From the NCBI GenBank assembly GCA_902466075.1, contig CABQQA010000001.1:365403-429402 (forward strand): 64,000 nt of DNA, written 5' to 3'. The DNA is from an uncultured Collinsella sp. GTDB lineage: Bacteria > Actinomycetota > Coriobacteriia > Coriobacteriales > Coriobacteriaceae. Shown here piece after piece: positions 47,271-54,711 of this stretch. The notes under the pieces were generated by a model. The model searched no databases. It saw only the letters and a program-made list of their open reading frames with translations, and was not told where the DNA came from. Both the position numbers and the translations under genes were made by a program. The first letter of the stretch is position 1, and each line of letters opens with the position of its first letter.

Positions 47271-48359
47271 GTGAGCGTTATGAAGTTCCTTAAAGACAAG
47301 CAGACGCGTCACGACTTTGTCACGTACGCCATGTGCATCGTGGCATTCGCCATCGTGTTCTTTATGCAGTCCAACCATATGATCCCGCGCATGATCGCCG
47401 GCCAGTTGGTTCCCATCACGGCCTACATCGTTATGGCCATCTCGCTCAACCTCGTTGTCGGCATCGCGGGCGACTTGTCGCTGGGCCACGCGGGCTTTAT
47501 GAGCGTCGGCGCCTATACGGGCATCGTTACCGCGGTTGCCCTCGAGAGCGCCGTCCCCTCCGATCCAATACGTCTTGTCATCAGCATTGTGGTCGGCGCT
47601 ATCGCCGCTGCCATCTTGGGCTTCTTGATCGGTATCCCGGTCCTGCGCCTGAGCGGCGACTATCTGGCCATCGTGACCCTGGCTTTTGGCGAGATCATCA
47701 AAGAGATCGTCACCTGCCTCATTGTGGGTGTCGACTCCCGCGGCCTGCATGTGATCTTTAACATCACGGGCAACTCCACGATCGACGACCTGCACCTGCT
47801 CGAGGACGGCACCGCCATCATCAAGGGCGCCCAGGGTGCCTCGGGCGTGTCGACGTACTCGACCTTCCTCGCCGGTGCCATCCTGGTCATGGTCGCGCTC
47901 GTGATTGTACTCAACCTGGTGCGCAGCCGTACCGGCCGTGCCATCATGGCCGTGCGCGATAACAAGATTGCAGCCGAGTCCGTAGGCATCTCCGTCACCG
48001 AGTACCGCATGATCGCCTTCGTGGTTTCCGCTGCCCTCGCCGGTGCTGCCGGAGCTCTCTTCGGCGGTAACTTCTCGCAGCTCTCCGCCACCAAGTTCGA
48101 CTTCAACACGTCGATCCTCATCCTGGTGTTCGTGGTCCTGGGCGGTCTGGGCAACATGCGCGGCTCCGTCATCGCGGCGGCGTTGCTCACGGTGCTTCCT
48201 GAGCTGCTCCGTCAGTTCTCGGACTACCGCATGCTCATCTACGCCATCGTGCTGATCCTGGTCATGATCTTTACCAACAACCCGCAGCTCAAGGCGTTCT
48301 TCGGTCGCGTCAAGGACCGTTTTGCTTCCAAGAAGGAGGTGGCAGCCGATGCCCAGTAA
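47271..48359 (+). CDS. livM: branched-chain amino acid ABC transporter permease
   Basis: LivM-like. Starts 1 nt after the livH stop. Confidence 0.8.
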   Translation: MSVMKFLKDKQTRHDFVTYAMCIVAFAIVFFMQSNHMIPRMIAGQLVPITAYIVMAISLNLVVGIAGDLSLGHAGFMSVGAYTGIVTAVALESAVPSDPIRLVISIVVGAIAAAILGFLIGIPVLRLSGDYLAIVTLAFGEIIKEIVTCLIVGVDSRGLHVIFNITGNSTIDDLHLLEDGTAIIKGAQGASGVSTYSTFLAGAILVMVALVIVLNLVRSRTGRAIMAVRDNKIAAESVGISVTEYRMIAFVVSAALAGAAGALFGGNFSQLSATKFDFNTSILILVFVVLGGLGNMRGSVIAAALLTVLPELLRQFSDYRMLIYAIVLILVMIFTNNPQLKAFFGRVKDRFASKKEVAADAQ

Positions 48360-49209
48360 ATTTGAGTTCAACAAGGGCAAGATGGTCCCGTATCCTTCTG
48401 GCGCCATCGTTCCCGATCGCGACCTGGGCCAGCGCCCGGCGCTCGAGTGCATCCACCTGGGCATTGAGTTCGGTGGCCTTAAGGCAGTCGACGACTTTAG
48501 CCTGACTATCGGCAAGACCGAGATCGCCGGCCTGATCGGCCCCAATGGTGCCGGTAAGACCACGGTCTTCAACCTGCTCACCAAGGTGTACCAGCCCACG
48601 CACGGCACCATCCTGCTCGACGGTGAGGACACCTCGGGCAAGTCGGTCTACCAGATCAACCGCATGGGTATTGCCCGCACCTTCCAAAACATCCGCCTGT
48701 TTAACACCATGACGGTGGAGGATAACGTTAAGGTCGGCCTGCATAACCAGGAGCGTTACTCCGGCTTTGAGGGCGTGCTGCGCCTGCCGACGTATTGGAA
48801 GCACGAGAAGGCCGCCCACGAGCGCGCCATGGAGCTGCTGTCCATCTTTGATATGGAGCATCTGGCAAATGAGCAGGCCGGCTCGCTGCCTTACGGCGCT
48901 CAGCGTCGTCTGGAGATCGTCCGTGCGCTTGCCACCAACCCCAAGCTGCTGCTGCTCGACGAGCCTGCCGCCGGCATGAACCCGTCCGAGACCGCCGAGC
49001 TCATGGAGAACATCGTCAAGATTCGTGACACCTTCGGCATCGCCATCATGCTTATCGAGCACGACATGTCGCTCGTTATGAACATCTGTGAGGGCATCTG
49101 CGTGCTCAACTTTGGTAAGGTCATCGCCAAGGGCACGGCCGAGGAAATCCAGAACAACGACGCCGTTATCGAGGCGTATCTGGGCAAGCAGGATAAGGGG
49201 GAGAACTAA
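48349..49209 (+). CDS. livG: ABC transporter ATP-binding protein (LivG-like)
   Basis: GPNGAGKTT, LSGGQ-like (LPYGAQRRLE) and LLLDEPAAG motifs. AAGGAGG RBS. Overlaps the livM end. Confidence 0.85.
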   Translation: MPSKFEFNKGKMVPYPSGAIVPDRDLGQRPALECIHLGIEFGGLKAVDDFSLTIGKTEIAGLIGPNGAGKTTVFNLLTKVYQPTHGTILLDGEDTSGKSVYQINRMGIARTFQNIRLFNTMTVEDNVKVGLHNQERYSGFEGVLRLPTYWKHEKAAHERAMELLSIFDMEHLANEQAGSLPYGAQRRLEIVRALATNPKLLLLDEPAAGMNPSETAELMENIVKIRDTFGIAIMLIEHDMSLVMNICEGICVLNFGKVIAKGTAEEIQNNDAVIEAYLGKQDKGEN

Positions 49210-49923
49210 ATGGCAGAGCCGATGCTTTCCGTCTACAACATCAACGTCTGGTACGGTGCCATCCACGCCATCAAGGACATCTCCTTTAACGTCAACGAGG
49301 GCGAGATCGTGGCTCTGATCGGTGCGAACGGTGCCGGCAAGTCCACAACGCTCAAGACCGTCTCGGGCCTGCTGCGCTCCAAGACCGGCTCCATCAAGTT
49401 TATGGGCGAGGACATTACTCATACGCCCGCCGATAAGCTGGTTGGTAAGGGCCTGGCCCAGGTGCCCGAGGGCCGTCGCGCCTTTTTGCAGATGACGGTC
49501 GAGGAGAACCTGGAGATGGGCGCCTACACGCAGCCCAAGTCCACGGTTGCTCCGGGCCTTGAGCGCGTCTACGAGCAGTTCCCGCGCCTGAAGGAGCGCC
49601 GTCGCCAGGTCGCCGGCACCCTTTCGGGTGGCGAGCAGCAGATGCTCGTTATGGGCCGCGCCCTTATGAGTAACCCCAAACTGCTTATGCTCGACGAACC
49701 TTCCATGGGTCTGGCGCCGATTCTGATTGAGCAGATCTTCCAGATTGTCGAGGACCTGCACAAGGCCGGCACCACGGTGCTTCTGGTCGAGCAGAACGCG
49801 CAGATGGCGCTCTCGATCGCCACACGCGGCTACGTGCTCGAGACCGGCAAGATCACCATGACCGGCACCGGCCAAGAGCTCCTGCACGACGATAACGTCC
49901 GCAAGGCCTATCTCGGTGGCTAG
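49210..49923 (+). CDS. livF: ABC transporter ATP-binding protein (LivF-like)
   Basis: GANGAGKST, LSGGEQQML and LMLDEPSMGLAP motifs. Confidence 0.85.
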   Translation: MAEPMLSVYNINVWYGAIHAIKDISFNVNEGEIVALIGANGAGKSTTLKTVSGLLRSKTGSIKFMGEDITHTPADKLVGKGLAQVPEGRRAFLQMTVEENLEMGAYTQPKSTVAPGLERVYEQFPRLKERRRQVAGTLSGGEQQMLVMGRALMSNPKLLMLDEPSMGLAPILIEQIFQIVEDLHKAGTTVLLVEQNAQMALSIATRGYVLETGKITMTGTGQELLHDDNVRKAYLGG

Positions 49924-49997
49924 GAGGTTCCGCCGTTCTACCGAACGGCGGACCGGCCGACGCTGCGCGGGCACCAGAGCGACAACTTGTCATTCAA

Positions 49998-50038
49998 AGA
50001 GGGCGGCATGACCAGAAGGTCTATGCCGCCCTCTTTTC
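49998..50038 (+). terminator. rho-independent terminator after the liv operon
   Basis: AGAGGGCGGCAT-13 nt-ATGCCGCCCTCT followed by TTTCAT. A second small hairpin (CCGCCGTTC-tac-CGAACGGCGG) lies at 49930-49951. Confidence 0.6.
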
Positions 50039-50116
50039 ATGCCAATTTGTTCGCTCTGGCGCCCGCTCGCTGTCCGTCCTCTGCCTGCGGCGTTGCTTTG
50101 GTTCTGACATTTGGGG

Positions 50117-50173
50117 TAGTCGCTGGGGACGTTCTTGAATGACTAGTCGTTTAAGAACGTCCCCAACGACTAG
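50117..50173. repeat. copy 1 of a ~57-bp GC-rich palindromic element (TAGTCGcTGGGGACGTTCTTGAAtgacTAGTCGTTTAAGAACGTCCCCAACGACTAG)
   Basis: Near-identical to 51696-51751. Folds into a stem of about 24 bp. The spurious ORFs starting in the two copies translate to the same peptide (M[TN]SRLRTSPTT). Confidence 0.75.
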
Positions 50174-50248
50174 GTCAAAAGGCTCCGAGCGCGGCGTGCT
50201 CACGCCCGTCGTGGTGTGCCCGAAGGGGGATGGCCGCTACGAGCTCGA

Positions 50249-50512
50249 TCATTTGCGAGGAGAAGACGAACCAGCCGTTGCAGATCCAATATGGATCTCG
50301 CCGACCTCGGCAAGCTGCTCGATGAGCGGAAGCCCTGTCGGGTCGTCTATTTCAACACCACCCAGAATGATGGTGTCATCGCGCAGGTCGATCTGTGTGT
50401 TGAACACAGCGAGGTTAAAGCCGGAGGCCACAAATCCGATAGCAGCCAGGACGAGCCCCGTGGCAACAAGCCCACCCGCTACGGCAAGGTAAATCTTTTT
50501 TACGCTGGACAT
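50249..50512 (-). CDS. small membrane protein; possibly the 5' remnant of a DUF4097-type third gene
   Basis: 87 codons with an N-terminal TM (IYLAVAGGLVATGLVLAAIGFV). Ends 76 nt before palindrome copy 1. Confidence 0.4.
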   Translation of the reverse strand: MSSVKKIYLAVAGGLVATGLVLAAIGFVASGFNLAVFNTQIDLRDDTIILGGVEIDDPTGLPLIEQLAEVGEIHIGSATAGSSSPRK

Positions 50513-50526
50513 GTTTGCACTCCTTC

Positions 50527-51159
50527 CTATGCCGTAAGCGGCGCCGCTTCAGCGCCCCTGCGGCTCTTATTGCCTCGATCTTTCCAGAAGGGCGAAACGG
50601 CTTTCTTCGCCCAAAGGGCAGAGAGGCACGCGATCTGCTTGGACGCCGTCCAGGCACCGGCTCCCGCGAGGAGCGCCACACCGATGGAAACGAATCCCAT
50701 TCCCATCGAGGTTAAAACGTACGGAACATGCCCGATAATGATGCCGTCCGCGGTGAACAGGAGCCCCACCACGCCCGCGCCCCCGAATGCCGCGGCCACG
50801 ATCCACACGCAGAGCGCAAGAACCCAAATGCAGATGTAGACTGTAGCGGCAACGGCGACGAACGCGAGCAGCAGCGGAATCCATACCGGAGAGCCCACGA
50901 TGGCGAGCGCCCATAGAAGCGCCGTGCTCTTGCGCTTGGTCCTCGCAATTGCGCGCGGCACGGCGGGCAGTTCGTCGAGCGTTGCCTCGGCGACCTCACC
51001 GAGCGTGCCCATGGCGGCCACAGCCTCGGCCTCCGTCATGCCGTCCTCCATACGGTCGGCGATGGCCTCCGCGTAGAACTCCTGCGTTTCCCTTACCTGA
51101 TCTGCCGGCAGGCAGGCCAGAAGCTCGCCCAGCCGGTTCAAGAACTCATCGCGCGTCAT
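50527..51159 (-). CDS. DUF1700-family membrane protein
   Basis: N-terminal MTRDEFLNRLGELLACLPADQVRETQEFYAEAIADRMEDGMTEAEAVAAMG is the DUF1700 signature. C-terminal TM helices. Confidence 0.75.
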   Translation of the reverse strand: MTRDEFLNRLGELLACLPADQVRETQEFYAEAIADRMEDGMTEAEAVAAMGTLGEVAEATLDELPAVPRAIARTKRKSTALLWALAIVGSPVWIPLLLAFVAVAATVYICIWVLALCVWIVAAAFGGAGVVGLLFTADGIIIGHVPYVLTSMGMGFVSIGVALLAGAGAWTASKQIACLSALWAKKAVSPFWKDRGNKSRRGAEAAPLTA

Positions 51160-51466
51160 GGTGCGCTCCCTTCACGTAACGGTAGATTTCCTGCACGGAT
51201 GGCCATTCGGCGAGGAACTCGGCGATACGCTCATGCCCGGTTTCCGTGATGCGGTAGTACCTTCGCAGCCGCCCGTTGTGCTCGGCGGAGCGCGCCGTGA
51301 TGCACCCCGCTTTCTCCAGGCGCTTGAGCAACGGATAGAGCGTGGACTCCGTGAGCCCCATGCTCGCGGGCACGTCCTTCACGATCTGATAGCCGTAGGA
51401 TTCCTCGCCCGAGACGGCCACGAGCACGCAGGCCTCGAGGAAGCCGCGCTTCATCTGTGCCTCCAT
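51146..51466 (-). CDS. PadR-family transcriptional regulator
   Basis: GFLEACVLVAVSGEESYGYQIVKDV...LYPLLKRLEKAGCI winged-helix. AAGGAGG RBS before the internal ATG at 51466. 14-nt overlap with the DUF1700 gene. Confidence 0.8.
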   Translation of the reverse strand: MEAQMKRGFLEACVLVAVSGEESYGYQIVKDVPASMGLTESTLYPLLKRLEKAGCITARSAEHNGRLRRYYRITETGHERIAEFLAEWPSVQEIYRYVKGAHHDAR

Positions 51467-51695
51467 CCGCACACCTCCTTTCGTAGTATACTGTGCAACA
51501 CCTACTATATGACACATAGTATATGATGTCAACAGTTGTCGTATAGGGAGTCCGGTCTGTCTGTCCCCGGTATAGCGACGAGTGTCGGTTGACGCATCGC
51601 GCGAAACACCAACCAGTGCTCCTTTGATGCAACTCTCATTCGACCACATTTCTGAGCAGCTACCTTCCCGCACCAAAGCGTGCCTCATCCCGGGA

Positions 51696-51751
51696 TAGTC
51701 GTTGGGGACGTTCTTGAATGAATAGTCGTTTAAGAACGTCCCCAACGACTA
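51696..51751. repeat. copy 2 of the ~57-bp GC-rich palindromic element
   Basis: TAGTCGTTGGGGACGTTCTTGAATGAATAGTCGTTTAAGAACGTCCCCAACGACTAC. Differs from copy 1 at 2-3 positions. Confidence 0.75.
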
Positions 51752-51763
51752 CTTCTATACAGC

Positions 51764-51869
51764 AAAAAGGGGTGCTGACCATTTCGGTCAGCACCCCTTT
51801 AAGTTGCGGTGAAATAGGGACTGAATACGGGCTCCAGAGGCCAAAACAGTCCCTATTCCACCGCAACTT
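51764..51869. other. two further strong hairpins between palindrome copy 2 and cutC
   Basis: AAAAAGGGGTGCTGACC-atttc-GGTCAGCACCCCTTT (a bidirectional terminator-like structure), then AAGTTGCGGTGAAATAGGGACTG-23 nt-CAGTCCCTATTCCACCGCAACTT (23-bp stem). Confidence 0.6.
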
Positions 51870-51927
51870 CATGGGGATGTGTGACAATGCCCGTCGGAAA
51901 ACATCTGCTGTCTTTGGGGGTCTATCT

Positions 51928-52605
51928 ATGCTGTACGAGTTTTGTGCCGAGAACTTTGAGCGGGTGCCGGCGGCTATCGATGCCGGTGCAAGGCGTATTG
52001 AACTGTGCGACAACCTTGCCGTCGGTGGCACTACACCCTCGGCCGGTGTTATCAGCGCTACAGTCAGCTATGCTCACGAGCATGACGCGCGAGTGATGTG
52101 CATGATTCGCCCGCGTGGCGGTGACTTTCATTACAACCAAGACGAGCTGCGCATGATGGAGATGGACCTGGGCCTTGCCGTAAGCGCCGGCGTTGACGGC
52201 TTGGTCTTTGGCTGCTGCAAGCCCTGTGCCGGCGGCTGGGCGCTCGACGAGCTCACCCTTGGCGCCCTCGTTATGGCTACGGGTTGCGCGACCGAGGAGT
52301 GCAAGCGCGAGTCCCTTGACATCACCTTCCACATGGCATTTGACCAGCTTTCGCCCGAGGCTCAGCTCGATGCGATTGATACACTTGCCGACTGCGGCGT
52401 TACGCGCATCCTCACGCATGGCGGCGCGGCCGGTACGTCGATCGAGGATAATTTCGATCACCTGGCTCGTTTAATCGAGTATGCGGGCGATCGTTTGACC
52501 ATCCTTCCCGGCGGCGGCATCACTACGGCAAATCGCGACGCGGTCGCAGCGGCGCTAGGCGTCTCCGAGCTCCATGGCACCAAGATCGTGCCGTTGGAGG
52601 TATAA
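51928..52605 (+). CDS. cutC: copper homeostasis protein CutC family
   Basis: MLYEFCAENFERVPAAIDAGARRIELCDNLAVGGTTPSAGVI matches the CutC N-terminus (TIM-barrel). The internal ATG is at 51928; the ORF opens at 51718, inside palindrome copy 2. Confidence 0.75.
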   Translation: MLYEFCAENFERVPAAIDAGARRIELCDNLAVGGTTPSAGVISATVSYAHEHDARVMCMIRPRGGDFHYNQDELRMMEMDLGLAVSAGVDGLVFGCCKPCAGGWALDELTLGALVMATGCATEECKRESLDITFHMAFDQLSPEAQLDAIDTLADCGVTRILTHGGAAGTSIEDNFDHLARLIEYAGDRLTILPGGGITTANRDAVAAALGVSELHGTKIVPLEV

Positions 52606-52608
52606 CCC

Positions 52609-53406
52609 GTGGCGCTGGTATTTGACGTTCAGCAGGCGAACGGTAAGCCCGACGATAATCGTCGCCCTGGCACCGCGTGCCCCTTTTGCGACACGGAGGG
52701 GCTCGCCAACATCATCGAGCGCGATGGTGACTGCATCTGGCTCGAGAATAAGTTCAAGACCTTGCGGGCCACCCGTCAGACCGTATTGATCGAGTCGGCC
52801 AATCACGACGCCGACCTGGCGACCTATGAACCGGATGAGCTGCATCATGTGATGCGGTTTGCCCTGGGCTGTTGGCAGCAGATGATCGATTCCCAACAGT
52901 ACCTCAGCGTGCTCATGTACAAGAACAAAGGCCCGCTTTCGGGCGGCAGCCTCGTCCATCCTCACATGCAGATTGTGGGTTTGGAGCAGGAAGACGGCTA
53001 CACTTCGCTGACTTCTGCCAATTTCGAAGGCATCAATGTCTGGCAACAGGGGAGAATCTCGGTCAATATCTCAACCGAACCGATCATGGGGTTCTTTGAG
53101 ATCAACGTTTCAGCCCCGCAGGGAATCGCCGCCAGCGATGACGCACGAGACCAAGCCGAGGCGGATCTCTTTGCCGATGCGATCCAGGTAGCTCTGCGCT
53201 ATATCCTAAACGAGCACCACGGTGGTCGCGCAGAGTCGTACAACTTGTTCTTCTATCACCTGGGCGGTCGGACCATTGCCAAGGCGCTGCCGCGTTGGGT
53301 GGTTTCGCCCTACTTTGTCGGCTATCGTTTGGCCCAAGTCAATGCCGAGACGACGCTCGATATCGATGCTGAGCGTCTGCGTGCGCATCTGGAAACGCTC
53401 GTATAG
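52609..53406 (+). CDS. GalT-like HIT-family nucleotidyltransferase (half-size galactose-1-phosphate uridylyltransferase-like)
   Basis: CPFC zinc-site-like motif and VHPHMQIV (the HPH-Q nucleotidyl-transfer motif of GalT/HIT). Starts 4 nt after the cutC stop. Confidence 0.5.
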   Translation: MALVFDVQQANGKPDDNRRPGTACPFCDTEGLANIIERDGDCIWLENKFKTLRATRQTVLIESANHDADLATYEPDELHHVMRFALGCWQQMIDSQQYLSVLMYKNKGPLSGGSLVHPHMQIVGLEQEDGYTSLTSANFEGINVWQQGRISVNISTEPIMGFFEINVSAPQGIAASDDARDQAEADLFADAIQVALRYILNEHHGGRAESYNLFFYHLGGRTIAKALPRWVVSPYFVGYRLAQVNAETTLDIDAERLRAHLETLV

Positions 53407-53436
53407 CAAGACTAACACCCGCGTAATGCGGACAGC

Positions 53437-54435
53437 CTAGCGCGCCATGGCGTCGCGGCCGGCTTCGACCCGCTTGCGCTGTTTGGTGCGCTCCTCGCAG
53501 GTTAGGCACTCAAAGAGATGCCCGATAATCGAGGCCAGCACCTGCTGAAACAGCGTGCCGCACATGACGGGGAACACGACCTCGCCCGGAAAGTACTGCG
53601 TGGCGATGACGGCACCCGAAGAGATGTTGCGCATGCCGCAGGTAAAGCACATGGTAGTCGTCTCGCTATATGGCAGATGCAGCGCACGTGCGACCAGAAA
53701 ACCGACGACAAAGCCGCTGATGGCGAAGACCAAAATAAAGAGGGCGACTTCCAGGCGCACCGCGTTTATGTGCAGCACGTACTCGCTCATAGCGGTGGAG
53801 TTGGACGCGATGACGCCCATCATCATGAACTTGCAGGCGGGCGAGAGCACGGGAGAGAGTTTCTCGTGGCCCCAGCCGCGCGTGAGTTCATTGATGGCAA
53901 TACCGAGCACAGCGGGGATGGTGATCATAAAGGCCATGTTCTGCATCATGCTCGGCACGTCGATCGAGACGGTGGCGCCCAGCAGGAGCTTGAGCGTAAG
54001 CGGAATCGTCACAGGTGAGATAACCGAGGACGTCAGGATGATGGTGAGCGCGAGCGGGCCGTTGCCGCCGAACATGCTGATCCACATAAAAGCGGTGACG
54101 GCCACGGGCACGCTGTATTCGAGCACAATGCCGCAGACAAGGTTGGGGTTGGAGCCAAAGAAGAGTGACCCCATGGCATACGCCGCGATGGGAATAAGCA
54201 CCGCCGAGACGAGCAGCGCCAAGACTAGGTGCAACGGACGGCGGAACATCTCGGTTACCTGGTGAAAGGTGTTGCTGAGCGCACCCTGAAACGTCATAAA
54301 GGCAAACAAGGTGGGAACGATGGGCTTGAGTACGCCAATCTGTTGGGGAAAGAGCACGCCGAGTGCCACGCAAATCGGAACGATGACCTGCATGTGCCCC
54401 GCGAGAAACTTGCCCAGTCCAACCCATTGCTTCAT
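53437..54435 (-). CDS. BASS/SBF-family (bile acid:sodium symporter-like) transporter
   Basis: About 10 TM. Overall resemblance to SBF-type permeases. Assignment from general pattern only. Confidence 0.55.
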   Translation of the reverse strand: MKQWVGLGKFLAGHMQVIVPICVALGVLFPQQIGVLKPIVPTLFAFMTFQGALSNTFHQVTEMFRRPLHLVLALLVSAVLIPIAAYAMGSLFFGSNPNLVCGIVLEYSVPVAVTAFMWISMFGGNGPLALTIILTSSVISPVTIPLTLKLLLGATVSIDVPSMMQNMAFMITIPAVLGIAINELTRGWGHEKLSPVLSPACKFMMMGVIASNSTAMSEYVLHINAVRLEVALFILVFAISGFVVGFLVARALHLPYSETTTMCFTCGMRNISSGAVIATQYFPGEVVFPVMCGTLFQQVLASIIGHLFECLTCEERTKQRKRVEAGRDAMAR

Positions 54436-54711
54436 ATGCGCTTGTGACTCCCTTTGCCCGTGAACCCGTTTTGAATGGATATGCTAGACGCTCGCATGCG
54501 TCCGTGCGTCAGAAACGCTCGAATATTTCGAGGCTATTACCGGCATCGTTTACCGAAACCGCGGCGTGCTGCGGCGATTTGCGTCTGCTCTGCACGGTAT
54601 AATAAATCCGTTCAACAGATCTGCCTGCCGAAGCGGGCATACACAGAGGACTCATCGCTATGAACCGTGAGAGGTATCGCGGCGACCTGCCCCTATCGGG
54701 GGTGGGCGCCT

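Noticed and set aside
46365-49974. 758-aa and 554-aa minus-strand ORFs antisense to livH-livM and livG-livF
   Set aside because: Span multiple sense genes. His/Asp/Gly/Arg-rich composition. Spurious.
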